DNA of 64,000 bases, from IMG/VR virus record IMGVR_UViG_3300030333_006551, positions 1 through 64,000 of that record; one strand, 5' to 3'. Under the pieces are notes generated by a model. That model was given only the letters and a program-made list of their open reading frames with translations. It made no database searches and was not told where the DNA came from. This DNA is from a virus. Made by a program: the position numbers and the translations under genes. This document shows positions 30,796 to 40,060 of the stretch, piece by piece (within the stretch, counting starts at the first letter, position 1; the number at the start of each line of letters is the position of its first letter).

Positions 30796-30872
30796 GGGAC
30801 GATAGCCCAATCGGCAGAGGCAACAGACTTAAAATCTGTCAAGTGTGGGTTCGAGTCCCACTCGTCCTACCA
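30796..30872 (+). tRNA. tRNA-Leu(UAA) with short variable loop
   Basis: GGGACGA/TCGTCCT, ACAGA-CT-TAA-AA-TCTGT, 5-nt variable region, CCA. Confidence 0.9.
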
Positions 30873-30878
30873 AATACA

Positions 30879-31085
30879 ATGCAAGAATACCAACAATTAC
30901 TGTTTGATTTCGCTGTAGAACCTCCTGTAAGGTTTCATATACAGAGATCTAAAAACGCACCCATTGAAATTTGGGAGTATACTGATATCCTTGGAGCAGT
31001 TGAGCGAGGAAAGTATGTGATACTCACTTTAAAGGATAAGAGTTCCTTTATTCCAAGGTCCTGGGTAGTAAAAGTTGAGCAGTAG
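30879..31085 (+). CDS. Hypothetical protein
   Basis: ORF MQEYQQLL between tRNAs. Confidence 0.45.
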   Translation: MQEYQQLLFDFAVEPPVRFHIQRSKNAPIEIWEYTDILGAVERGKYVILTLKDKSSFIPRSWVVKVEQ

Positions 31086-31098
31086 TAAATTCTCGTAA

Positions 31099-31175
31099 GC
31101 TCCCGTAGCATAACAGGATAATGCAACGGACTTCTAATCCGTAGATTTCAGGTTCGAATCCTGACGGGAGTACCA
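31099..31175 (+). tRNA. tRNA-Arg(UCU)
   Basis: GCTCCCG/CGGGAGT, ACGGA-CT-TCT-AA-TCCGT, CCA. Confidence 0.93.
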
Positions 31176-31187
31176 CTATAATAGACG

Positions 31188-31268
31188 GAAGCCCCGCAAC
31201 ATGAGGAAAAGTTCTTTCCCCCAGAACTAGTACCCGTTCACAACATAACGCTATGCTTGCGGGGCTTC
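31188..31268 (+). ncRNA. Putative small structured RNA
   Basis: 12-bp perfect terminal stem GAAGCCCCGCAA/TTGCGGGGCTTC, just downstream of a TATAAT. Confidence 0.35.
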
Positions 31269-31286
31269 ACTTATAATATATAAATT

Positions 31287-31628
31287 ATGTACGAATATAA
31301 AATAAAAACGATAGATCACCTTGTTGATGGTGATACCTTTGATTGTACCGTGGACCTTGGATTTAATATCTCACATAAAATCAGGGTGAGGATGTACGGA
31401 ATTAATACTCCAGAAAGCAGAACTAGGGATCTGGAAGAGAAGGCTAGAGGTCTAGCAAGTAAGAAGAGACTCAGCGAATTGCTTGATGACCCAGAGCTTG
31501 TACTGAAGACTGCTAAAAAGGGTAAGTATGGAAGATACCTTGGCATTGTCTATTCTAGTGAGCATAACATTAACTCCCAAATGATCGAAGAAGGTCACGC
31601 AGTAGAGTATTACGGTGGAAAGAGATAA
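31287..31628 (+). CDS. Thermonuclease (SNase-like)
   Basis: VDGDT, DLGF, RMYGINTPESRT, GKYGRYLG. Confidence 0.88.
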   Translation: MYEYKIKTIDHLVDGDTFDCTVDLGFNISHKIRVRMYGINTPESRTRDLEEKARGLASKKRLSELLDDPELVLKTAKKGKYGRYLGIVYSSEHNINSQMIEEGHAVEYYGGKR

Positions 31629-32034
31629 GCTAGATAAAACTTACATGAACATGGCGAGGGAGTTGGCAAAGCTCTCACATGCTCAAAGAAGGAAAGTAGG
31701 TTGTTTGATTGTAAAGGATACACATATCATATCAGAGGGCTTGAATGGAACTCCTAGGGGTTTTGATAATAGTTGCGAATATGTTGACCATGTGGACCAC
31801 TACTACACCAAGCCAGAGGTCTTACACGCAGAATCAAATGCCATTACGAAACTTGCTCGCTCTACTAATTCATCCGAAGGCGCAACACTATATGTTACTT
31901 GTTGCCCTTGTTTTGATTGTGCAAAACTCATTATTCAATCAGGTATAGAGAGAGTCGTGTACGATGAACCGTACAGTAAAGGTGATGGTCTTACCTTATT
32001 AAAAAAAGCTGGAGTTAAGGTTGAAAAATTATGA
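31615..32034 (+). CDS. dCMP deaminase
   Basis: RRKVGC, NGTPRGFDN.CE, HAESNAI, PCFDCAKLIIQSGI. Confidence 0.92.
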   Translation: MERDKLDKTYMNMARELAKLSHAQRRKVGCLIVKDTHIISEGLNGTPRGFDNSCEYVDHVDHYYTKPEVLHAESNAITKLARSTNSSEGATLYVTCCPCFDCAKLIIQSGIERVVYDEPYSKGDGLTLLKKAGVKVEKL

Positions 32035-32405
32035 TGAATAGTTCAGTAGAATCCACAAAAATGTATGTTAGTGGCCCGATTACTGGTAATAGCACTTGTG
32101 AAAAAGATTTTGAAGATGCTACTAAAAGTTTATCGTCCGAAGGATATGATGTAGTGAACCCGATGCTTATTTGCCCTCCTGAAAAACTCAAGTTCGATCA
32201 CCAAAGGGAACAGGCGGAGAATCGCGGTAATTGGAACTATTATATGCGTGAAGCTATTAAAAAACTAGTCATATGTGACGAAATTTATATGTTGCGCGGA
32301 TGGGCAAGTAGTAAAGGGGCAGTTTTAGAGAGACACATAGCACAAGAACTTAACATGCCTGTAAGATATCAAGAAGCAGAAGAATTAAAGAAGTTAAATG
32401 GTTAA
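32031..32405 (+). CDS. DUF4406 / nucleoside 2-deoxyribosyltransferase-like protein
   Basis: YVSGPITG, VNP, CDEIYMLRGWASSKGA.LE. Confidence 0.8.
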   Translation: MMNSSVESTKMYVSGPITGNSTCEKDFEDATKSLSSEGYDVVNPMLICPPEKLKFDHQREQAENRGNWNYYMREAIKKLVICDEIYMLRGWASSKGAVLERHIAQELNMPVRYQEAEELKKLNG

Positions 32406-32561
32406 GAAACAACAAAATAAGCAACCTTATGAGCATTGGCTTGGTTGGTTTCATAAACAAGCTGATGCAGTAGAGTTCGCCAAAAAGCATGGAGGTTCCG
32501 TAGTCTGGAGAAAAAGACAGCGTAACAAATGGAAGCATTGGGCTGTCGTGGAGTTTAAATA

Positions 32562-32936
32562 ATGACGAAAGTATTAAAAACAATTTTTGGTCTGACCGTA
32601 ATAGCCTGTATGATGATGCTTATGATGAGCATGGACAGGCCAGTAATCAAGAAGCTAGGCACATACAGAGGGGATCATTTCCCAGGTTTTGCAGAGTTTC
32701 GGGTGCAAGAGATTGAGTGGGATGATTATGGTGATCTTATGCTTATGGGAGAGCCTTACGATGTCCTCCTCAATGTAAACTACATCACCAAAGCATATCG
32801 TTTCGAGGATGCTAAGGAGACGGACTACTCTACTCTTATCTTCACCGAGTATAGTGAGAAGCCCATCCTTCTTCGTCAAGAGTACAAGGATGTTGTTAGT
32901 TCAATCAGGCGTGGAATGGAGGCCCAAGTTAAATGA
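32562..32936 (+). CDS. Hypothetical membrane-anchored protein
   Basis: N-terminal hydrophobic helix, GGAG RBS. Confidence 0.55.
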   Translation: MTKVLKTIFGLTVIACMMMLMMSMDRPVIKKLGTYRGDHFPGFAEFRVQEIEWDDYGDLMLMGEPYDVLLNVNYITKAYRFEDAKETDYSTLIFTEYSEKPILLRQEYKDVVSSIRRGMEAQVK

Positions 32937-33240
32937 GCAGTAATTATAAGTTTAATATTGGAGTCTTGATTGGTGCTTTTCTTTTTGCGGCTCTGCTCTT
33001 GTGCAGTAGTTGTATCTTTGTTAGAGTTGTGAAGCCTACTGAGCAGCCTGCTCCTTGTTGTGAAGAAGAACTCCCTCCCTTGAGTCCCTTTGATCTTATC
33101 TCCGAGGAGTAAATAATGAAGATTGAAATTGAAAGTAAGAAAATGCAGTTTCTGCTTGGCCTGTTTTTAGGTTGCGGAGCTATGAGTTATGGAATCATGT
33201 TTGTTACTTATGTTTTATGGTTTTTGGGAATGATTGACTG

Positions 33241-33438
33241 ATGGAAGATCTTAAGAAGAAAAGAGAAGAACTGGAAAAGAAGTATCGTCGTATGTTCGAC
33301 GCTCACTCATCTAAGTATAGTAAGCATATTGCTAGTGAGGGAGAGTATAGGGACTCTGCACAAAAGATAAAGGATCTTTATAAGGAGCTTTACGAAGTCG
33401 CTCTACAGTTGGGAGATCCCCTTCCATATTGGGTGTAA
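33241..33438 (+). CDS. Hypothetical protein
   Basis: ORF in the packed operon. Confidence 0.5.
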   Translation: MEDLKKKREELEKKYRRMFDAHSSKYSKHIASEGEYRDSAQKIKDLYKELYEVALQLGDPLPYWV

Positions 33439-33654
33439 TGGCACAGCAATATTGGCTTCACGATTGCGCTTGCGAAATGTTACAGGTAAAAGAACTGCCT
33501 ATAGCCTTGCGTAATCATCTTGATGATATAGAGTGGTATGCTAGTTCAATGTTAGGCTCTATACAGTCACGGCAAGTAGTCGCTACTATATTAGCACAGT
33601 ATGTGATGACTCAACGACTGGAAAGAAAAGTCAAATTATTGGAGGATAAAATTA

Positions 33655-33969
33655 ATGAAACAGAGTAATAAGTTTGCAGATATTGCAGATAGTGTAGCAC
33701 ATACAGTATATGTAAAACAGGAAGCGTATGGTGATTCATTTGGAAAGAGTGGCGAATGCCTCAGACAGATGTACCCAGATGGGATTCAGTCCGAACAATA
33801 CGATGATCTCCTCACTATTACGAGGATTCTTGATAAACTGTTTAGGATTGCCAATAATCCTACTGCTTTTGATGAAAATCCCTATCGAGATATTGTTGGA
33901 TATGGATTATTAGGTATGAATCGGCACTATAATAAAAGTGACCAGTTAATGGAGGAATATAATGACTAA
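33655..33969 (+). CDS. Hypothetical protein resembling phage nucleotide-modification-associated helical domains
   Basis: KQEAYGDSF ... DKLFRIA ... DIVGYGLL pattern. Confidence 0.5.
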   Translation: MKQSNKFADIADSVAHTVYVKQEAYGDSFGKSGECLRQMYPDGIQSEQYDDLLTITRILDKLFRIANNPTAFDENPYRDIVGYGLLGMNRHYNKSDQLMEEYND

Positions 33970-34183
33970 AGAAGAAGCAAAAGATCTTATTGATCGGATT
34001 GATGAGATGGGTATTATGAACCCAGCATATTACAAACTTGGTTTGAATGATGAGCCTAATAAGCTACGGTTTATGGATGACTATGCCAAGCAAGCACAAT
34101 GGATTACTGATGCCTATGCAGCCTTATCGTCTTATTGGAATAGTAGTGCAGCAAAGCCTTCGAAATCCACTAAGACAAACTAG
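33962..34183 (+). CDS. Hypothetical protein
   Basis: GGAGG RBS. Confidence 0.5.
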   Translation: MTKEEAKDLIDRIDEMGIMNPAYYKLGLNDEPNKLRFMDDYAKQAQWITDAYAALSSYWNSSAAKPSKSTKTN

Positions 34184-34590
34184 CAGTTCCACTTACGGAG
34201 TGCTTTATTAATACGAGAGTCGGGATTATTGGCAGTTTTCGCACCAGTAAGCCTTCTCTTCATGCCACCCATCCGAGCGCAGAAGGACTTTCTGCGCTTG
34301 GCTTTTTTACTACCTTTCTTTAGTTTAGAAGGCTTGGTAGTAACAGCCATGCTTAATTTAGAACCGGGATTAGCTTTTCTATAAGATGCAATACCTTTTT
34401 TATTCAACCCGCCTTCTGGGTTTTTTCCTGCCTTTCTCTGCCATGCTGGTGATTTTTCTACAAGGAGGTTAAACACTCTTTCGAGGTATGTTCCTTCTTT
34501 TATGCATGATCCGGGTGAGTAAGGAACTGACCCAGGTTTAGGTTTGTAGCCTCTCCAACAGCGAGATTTTTTCTTTTTTTTGTTTGCCAT
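34180..34590 (-). CDS. Basic protein conserved in T4-like phages (DUF6321-like)
   Basis: CWRGY; AWQRKAGKNPEGGLN, RRKSFCARM, SRINKALRKWNC; CTATATA late-type motif upstream. Confidence 0.75.
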   Translation of the reverse strand: MANKKKKKSRCWRGYKPKPGSVPYSPGSCIKEGTYLERVFNLLVEKSPAWQRKAGKNPEGGLNKKGIASYRKANPGSKLSMAVTTKPSKLKKGSKKAKRRKSFCARMGGMKRRLTGAKTANNPDSRINKALRKWNC

Positions 34591-34618
34591 TTGTGACCTC
34601 TTCTGTTATTATATAGGC

Positions 34619-35119
34619 ATGAACATTTTCGTACTCGACAATAATCCCTCTATCGCAGCCTCCATGCATTGTGATAAACATGTTCCCAAGATGATTCTTG
34701 AGACAGCCCAGATGCTGTCCACGGCTCACCATGTTTATGATACACCACAAGCTCCTCTTGTCTACAAAAAAGCGCATCTAAATCACCCCTGTACCGTCTG
34801 GATTCGTGAATCAAAAGCTAACTACGGCTGGGCTTGGACCTTGTACCATGAGCTTCTGGTTGAGTTTAGGAAGCGTCGAGGCAAGTATCACAAGTCTGGG
34901 GAGCTTATTCATGACCTTGCCCACACGCCCTCTGAGATGCCCAACATAGGCCCCACGCCCTTTGCCCAAGCCATGCCTGACGAGTACAAGCAAGAGGACG
35001 CTGTGGAGGCTTACAGGGCCTACTACATGGGCGATAAGGCTGTCTTTGCCAAGTGGGAGTGGCCCACAGCCAAGACTCCCTACTGGTGGAAAAATTCTGA
35101 AGTTTCACTTGCATCTTAA
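34619..35119 (+). CDS. Pyrimidine-dimer DNA glycosylase (DenV-like family)
   Basis: MNIFVLD...HCDKHVPKMILETAQMLSTAH, HLNHPC..W, FAQAMPDEYK, AYRAYY. Confidence 0.8.
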   Translation: MNIFVLDNNPSIAASMHCDKHVPKMILETAQMLSTAHHVYDTPQAPLVYKKAHLNHPCTVWIRESKANYGWAWTLYHELLVEFRKRRGKYHKSGELIHDLAHTPSEMPNIGPTPFAQAMPDEYKQEDAVEAYRAYYMGDKAVFAKWEWPTAKTPYWWKNSEVSLAS

Positions 35120-35136
35120 GGATCCTGTGGTATAAT
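35109..35136 (+). promoter_or_regulatory. Sigma70-type promoter, leaderless transcript
   Basis: TTGCAT-16 nt-TATAAT (with upstream TG), ATG 6 nt downstream. Confidence 0.65.
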
Positions 35137-35142
35137 AGGCGC

Positions 35143-35331
35143 ATGACGAAAACGAACGAGCAAATGCTGAGAGAGAAGTGGCCTGATAGGGCCAAGAAGG
35201 CAGCTAACGGCAGTCGCAAGGAGGCTATATACCTCATGTGCATCAACTGTATTGGCTCCTCTCAAGAGGCAAGAAAGTGCGAAAGCGTCGAATGTTTCCT
35301 TCACCCCTACAGACCTGGGAGTAACCGATGA
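35143..35331 (+). CDS. Small Cys4 zinc-binding protein
   Basis: AIYLMCINC....EARKC....CFLHPYR. Confidence 0.6.
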   Translation: MTKTNEQMLREKWPDRAKKAANGSRKEAIYLMCINCIGSSQEARKCESVECFLHPYRPGSNR

Positions 35332-35507
35332 AAAAGTACATGGTTCTAGTTCCTGAAGTACATGTCTCTTACCGAGAGGTGGAGGCAGAAAACGAGGCGG
35401 ATGCCATAGAGTTAGCTATGGGAAATATCGTCAGTACAGAAGTTGATTTTAGTTATTCTTACACCTTAGAAAATGATATCGAAGTTCAGGAGCGAACCGA
35501 TGAGTAA
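35328..35507 (+). CDS. 59-aa acidic protein, paralogue of 36573..36752
   Basis: Hand translation MKKYMVLVPEVHVSYREVEAENEADAIELAMG. Confidence 0.6.
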   Translation: MKKYMVLVPEVHVSYREVEAENEADAIELAMGNIVSTEVDFSYSYTLENDIEVQERTDE

Positions 35508-35691
35508 AGAAATCACCAAATCTTTGTACGAGAAAGCATCCTGCTGGATGGCAGACTTTGAGGACTCGTCTCTTTTAGAGGAGAATATGCCCAAAGAAGA
35601 TGTTGAGCAATTTCTTCTAGACGAAGCGTTCGACATCATGTACCAACTTTATCTCATCTACCAAGAGGAGGAGGATCAGAGCGATGACTAA
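35500..35691 (+). CDS. Small acidic protein, paralogue of 35684..35899
   Basis: Shared ITK.L..KA..WM ... L..EA.DI...L pattern. Confidence 0.55.
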   Translation: MSKEITKSLYEKASCWMADFEDSSLLEENMPKEDVEQFLLDEAFDIMYQLYLIYQEEEDQSDD

Positions 35692-35899
35692 AAAGTTAGA
35701 AGAGAAGATTATCACTAAAGAACTCCATGCCAAAGCCATGGCATGGATGCAACAGGAAAGGCTAAGGGGAGTCGAGCAAGTACCCGATGCTTGGCTTGTG
35801 GAGGAAGCTGCTGATATTCTGTTTGAGTTGAATCAATGCTATAATGGAGCCATGAGCAGTTTTGTATACGACGAAGAGACAGGAGAGGTTTATTACTAA
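35684..35899 (+). CDS. Small acidic protein
   Basis: GGAGG RBS; paralogue of the upstream ORF. Confidence 0.55.
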   Translation: MTKKLEEKIITKELHAKAMAWMQQERLRGVEQVPDAWLVEEAADILFELNQCYNGAMSSFVYDEETGEVYY

Positions 35900-36327
35900 T
35901 GAGTAAACTTAGGAATGGAAAGCTGAATCATGGTGATCGTGTTGAGATCTACCGCAACCTTCACAACGATACCTTCTCTATTCGCAGAAACGGTAAGGTA
36001 GTAAAACACCTTGCGAACTGGCAGAGAATCTTCCTGAAAGATGTTAAGTTCGCTGTGCAACCTGCTGGTAGAGAAAAAGTGCGTCGAGAAGGAAAGAAGA
36101 ATGTTCACGCATTTATTAGAGGGACTTACCTCGCTCCTTCGACCTTCCCGCACACTACCTCTGAGTTCAAAGCTAAGTGTACTGAGTGGGTTACTTACAA
36201 CCCGTACCAGAACGATCATTTTACCGCTACAGTTACTGACCCTGAAACCACTTTTACCAGTTACCAAGATGTGCATGAGGCCAAGTTGGTAACTCTTACC
36301 TACGGATATGTTTATGCCGCACTCTAA
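35899..36327 (+). CDS. Conserved phage hypothetical protein
   Basis: YRNLH..FSIR, V.PAGREKV.REGKKNVHAF, VTYNPY pattern. Confidence 0.65.
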   Translation: MSKLRNGKLNHGDRVEIYRNLHNDTFSIRRNGKVVKHLANWQRIFLKDVKFAVQPAGREKVRREGKKNVHAFIRGTYLAPSTFPHTTSEFKAKCTEWVTYNPYQNDHFTATVTDPETTFTSYQDVHEAKLVTLTYGYVYAAL

Positions 36328-36572
36328 ATTACCCCTAGACCAAAGAGCTACCCAGATCCATGAAAGGATGGGATTTCATTGGGACGCTCTGTGTAATGCT
36401 GCTTCTGAGTTGTACGCATTAGAAGAACACTATGATCTGCGTGAGGACTCTATCCAGATGATAGAAGAGACTTACAACAGTATGTATGAGCAACTTCAAA
36501 ACTTGAAGTACGATATTGATGACGCTGAGAACTGGATGTTCAATGGCTACAGCCTACAGGAGATTGATGAAG

Positions 36573-36752
36573 ATGAAGAAGTATGAAGTATGTGTTCCCG
36601 AAGTTCACAATTCTTACAGGATTGTAGAAGCTAACTCTGAGGAGGAAGCTATTGAGCTTGGAATGGGAATGGACGATCATTTCTTTGAGTATTCTCACAC
36701 TTTAGAAGAAAATGTTACAGCACAGGAGATTAGTGAAGATGAAGATCAATAA
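36573..36752 (+). CDS. 59-aa acidic protein, paralogue of 35328..35507
   Basis: MKKYEVCVPEVHNSYRIVEANSEEEAIELGMG. Confidence 0.6.
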   Translation: MKKYEVCVPEVHNSYRIVEANSEEEAIELGMGMDDHFFEYSHTLEENVTAQEISEDEDQ

Positions 36753-37119
36753 TTGTATTCAACTCTTAGATGAGTGGAGTGGGGGAGGTCAAGCTGATGC
36801 TGAGTGGCACGCTAAACAAATCATGGAAAAGTATATCTTCAAGTATACTGAGTGTGGTTGTGTTTTTGATGCTGACGATGATGGAGTGACTGTGTGTGGC
36901 TATGCAGAAGGCTCTGACGCTGATCTCGCTCCTTATTACTTGAAGTGGGGCTTCACTATTGAGGAATTCAATGAAGCTCTCAATGAGGCAGACATTGATG
37001 GAGTAGAGGAATGGGAACGAGTAAACCAATGGGATGATGAAGATGATCTTGCAGAGGTCATGGGATACGAGGGACAAAAAGAGAACTACGAGGACCACAA
37101 AGATAAGGATGGAATGTAA
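36739..37119 (+). CDS. Hypothetical acidic protein
   Basis: Packed operon, GGAG upstream. Confidence 0.5.
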   Translation: MKINNCIQLLDEWSGGGQADAEWHAKQIMEKYIFKYTECGCVFDADDDGVTVCGYAEGSDADLAPYYLKWGFTIEEFNEALNEADIDGVEEWERVNQWDDEDDLAEVMGYEGQKENYEDHKDKDGM

Positions 37120-37379
37120 TGGATACTGAATTATCAAAATACAAGAAGGCGTTAGAGCTATTCACAGAGGATCTGAAGCATTTAGGTGAGGTAGATCATA
37201 GTCTTTCTGTATTCCTTACTGATGAGACTGAGTGCTTTGATGACTGCCCAGAGATTGATAAGGCTAGAACTTTAATTCAAGAAGCATACGAGATTATTGA
37301 GGATTACCAAAAACTACAACTCTTATGGGTTGAGGATCAAACTTTATGGGTTGAGGAACAAACTAAAGATGAACATTAA
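37119..37379 (+). CDS. Hypothetical protein with a 7-aa tandem duplication
   Basis: LWVEDQT-LWVEEQT. Confidence 0.5.
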   Translation: MDTELSKYKKALELFTEDLKHLGEVDHSLSVFLTDETECFDDCPEIDKARTLIQEAYEIIEDYQKLQLLWVEDQTLWVEEQTKDEH

Positions 37380-37704
37380 CGAAAACAAGTGGATTGAAAA
37401 CCATACCGAGGATACTATGGATTTTTACAACATGAGAAAACCGATGATTGACGAAACACTATTTAACACAGAGCGTTACGATGTTTTGCGTGAAAAAATG
37501 GTAGATGAGCTTATGGAAGATCAGATGGCTATGCCTACTCACACTCTTCTGTCCATGCTGGAGGAATTCGTTTGGGATATGTTTCACAATATGGATGACG
37601 ATCAGTTGCAGGATATGTTTGATAACTTGAAGCAAGATGAAGTGGACCCTGATGGGATTACAGATATGTTTGAACCTACAGTAGTGGAGGATAAGACGGA
37701 ATGA
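37369..37704 (+). CDS. Hypothetical acidic protein
   Basis: GAGGA RBS before ATG MNINE. Confidence 0.5.
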   Translation: MNINENKWIENHTEDTMDFYNMRKPMIDETLFNTERYDVLREKMVDELMEDQMAMPTHTLLSMLEEFVWDMFHNMDDDQLQDMFDNLKQDEVDPDGITDMFEPTVVEDKTE

Positions 37705-37991
37705 ACATCTTTGTAGATATAGATGAAACAATATGTTTTTATGAGGGAGAAAGATCTTATCCTGATGCAACTCCTTGGTACGAAAGCATAGCTAAAATAA
37801 ATAAATTATATGATGAAGGGCATCATATTGTCTATTGGACTGCAAGAGGATCAGCAACAGGAGTTGATTGGAAGGATCTTACTGAAAAGCAACTCTCTGA
37901 CTGGGGAGTAAAACACCATGAACTTCGTATGGGGAAACCCTCCTATGATCTTCTCATTTGTGATAAAACAGATAGAATAGAAAACTTATGA
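37701..37991 (+). CDS. HAD-superfamily phosphatase (capsule-biosynthesis type)
   Basis: VDIDETI, WTARG, GKP.YD..ICDK. Confidence 0.85.
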   Translation: MNIFVDIDETICFYEGERSYPDATPWYESIAKINKLYDEGHHIVYWTARGSATGVDWKDLTEKQLSDWGVKHHELRMGKPSYDLLICDKTDRIENL

Positions 37992-38383
37992 AAAAGGTCT
38001 GGGTTAACGGTTGCTTTGATGTCCTACATCGTGGACACATCGAGCTATTTAGATTTGCTAGTGTGTTGGGCGATGAGCTAATGGTAGGTCTTGATTCTGA
38101 CTCTAAGGTTACGCAAGACAAGGGAGAGGGTAGGCCCATAAACATTCTTAGTGATAGAATATTTATGCTACGAGCTATTAAATATATTGATGCAGTTACT
38201 TACTTCGATTCAGCAATTGACCTAGAAAGAGCCATTAAGTATTATTCCCCAGATATTATGGTTGTAGGATCAGATTGGAAAGGTAAGACAATTGTAGGGG
38301 AACAATATGCTAAGAAGGTAGTGTTCTTTGATAGAGTGGGAGACTACTCCACAACTAATATTATAAATGGAGCTAGTAACTAA
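37988..38383 (+). CDS. Nucleotidyltransferase, HldE/RfaE domain II-like
   Basis: NGCFDVLHRGH, GLDSD..V...KG..RPIN, GSDW, YSTT. Confidence 0.88.
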   Translation: MKKVWVNGCFDVLHRGHIELFRFASVLGDELMVGLDSDSKVTQDKGEGRPINILSDRIFMLRAIKYIDAVTYFDSAIDLERAIKYYSPDIMVVGSDWKGKTIVGEQYAKKVVFFDRVGDYSTTNIINGASN

Positions 38384-38590
38384 TCATGATCTGTCATGTA
38401 ACTCTCCTAGATATGAGTATGGGACTTATTATACTAGCCAGCATCATGCTCATCACTAACATAGTTACGGTATACTTTACTTTCACTACATGGTATAGTA
38501 GAAATGACGGGAATTCACGCAAGAGAGAAATACCCGTTTACTACAATGAACAAGGTAAACTAACTATAGATGATAAGGAGATAAATAAGG

Positions 38591-38833
38591 ATGCAGATAT
38601 TTAGATACTTAGTTATCTTCTTCTGGTTAGAAGCAATTATAGTATTATCTCTAGGATGCACCGCGCCTAGAGAGCGTAGAGGTGATTGGATGGAGCATTT
38701 AAACTCCAAAAAATTTACTTATAATCCTCCTATGATCCATTGGGATAGAAACAATTACTACTCTCATGAGGAGTTAAGGGCGATCTGGAAAATAAAAATG
38801 GATAGAATTCTTGAGTCTTACTCGGAGGAGTAG
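38591..38833 (+). CDS. Putative lipoprotein
   Basis: Hydrophobic stretch ending SLGC. Confidence 0.45.
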   Translation: MQIFRYLVIFFWLEAIIVLSLGCTAPRERRGDWMEHLNSKKFTYNPPMIHWDRNNYYSHEELRAIWKIKMDRILESYSEE

Positions 38834-38844
38834 CTAAATATAGT

Positions 38845-39336
38845 ATGCGATGGGTATTAGTACATTTTTTAGCTTTTGTTGTCATAACACAATTCTTGAT
38901 GGGATGCACAACTCCTACCAAGGCTCTTAACTTTCTCACTCCTGATCGAATTGGGATAGGAAGAACAAAGGGCGTTATGTCTATGGAAGGTTTCTCTCAT
39001 GGACATTATAGTGGTGGTTATGAAGATGGATGGCATCATGGAGAAGAATGGGGAGAAACATGGTCTCGTAGTGAGTTTTCAGGAGAGTCTGAAGCTGATA
39101 TGATTTGGTTTGAGTGGGATTTCCCCCAATGGGAAGAGCCTAACGACTATGACCTTTATTTGCGCGAGAGAGTTAGGACACTTAGCTTAGAAAAAGACCT
39201 AATAATTGCAGAGAGGCAGTTAGAGAAAAGAGATAAAGCAATAGATAAAACCATTAACAGAATAGATAACATTCTCGACTGTACTCCAGCAGAGAGGGAA
39301 GCTGAAGGTATGTGGCCTAAGAAGCTAACGGAGTAA
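38845..39336 (+). CDS. Putative lipoprotein
   Basis: Signal peptide ending LMGC; CTAAATA just upstream. Confidence 0.5.
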   Translation: MRWVLVHFLAFVVITQFLMGCTTPTKALNFLTPDRIGIGRTKGVMSMEGFSHGHYSGGYEDGWHHGEEWGETWSRSEFSGESEADMIWFEWDFPQWEEPNDYDLYLRERVRTLSLEKDLIIAERQLEKRDKAIDKTINRIDNILDCTPAEREAEGMWPKKLTE

Positions 39337-39340
39337 AATA

Positions 39341-39961
39341 ATGGTAGATCCTAGTACAAGAGTTCAGTTTGGTCAATCAGATAGAGATCTTGGAGATAAG
39401 ATATGTTACAAGATTCTAACTTTTCAAGGTAAGTATAAGCAAGAGGTAATTTCTGTATCACCAAATGGATATACCAAGTACAACCTAGTATTTACAGACT
39501 TAAAATTTGTGTGGGAGTGTACATGCTTAACTCCAGAGGAGCGGGATGAGATGAGAAATCGGTATAGAACAAATCTTGTTCCTCTTCCACCAACAACTGG
39601 ACCTACTGCACAACCCGCTGGAGAGAACTATTGGCAGCAGAGAGAGTTCTCTTATGTTATGGAGATTGAGCCTACTGATGTTTTCTGTGATCCTAATCGC
39701 CGCGCTGACTTCCTCTCGCCATGTGAAGGTAAAATAGAGTGTAGTTTGCCTGATAAAACTATGGAACTTCCTGGAATGTGTGAAGGTAAGAACTGCGTAG
39801 ACAGGCACATTCCTATAACTTTGGGAACTATGTTTTTTAGATGTAACTGTAGAGACAGGGTAATTGATGTTGCGAGAGAACTTCGTAGAGATAACTCATG
39901 TCCTAAAGGCTTTAATGATGGTTCTGATTTAGAGTGTAAAGCTCCAGAAGACAGTAAGTAA
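39341..39961 (+). CDS. Cys-rich hypothetical protein
   Basis: QFGQ leader, 12 Cys with CxC motifs; GGAG RBS. Confidence 0.65.
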   Translation: MVDPSTRVQFGQSDRDLGDKICYKILTFQGKYKQEVISVSPNGYTKYNLVFTDLKFVWECTCLTPEERDEMRNRYRTNLVPLPPTTGPTAQPAGENYWQQREFSYVMEIEPTDVFCDPNRRADFLSPCEGKIECSLPDKTMELPGMCEGKNCVDRHIPITLGTMFFRCNCRDRVIDVARELRRDNSCPKGFNDGSDLECKAPEDSK

Positions 39962-40060
39962 TTTTCACTTTGTCCTTGCTTTCGTAGAGCATCTATGGTA
40001 TAATAGTGCCTGAAATCAGGAAATCACCCGAATACACAAATAACTTTCCGCGCATAATAT

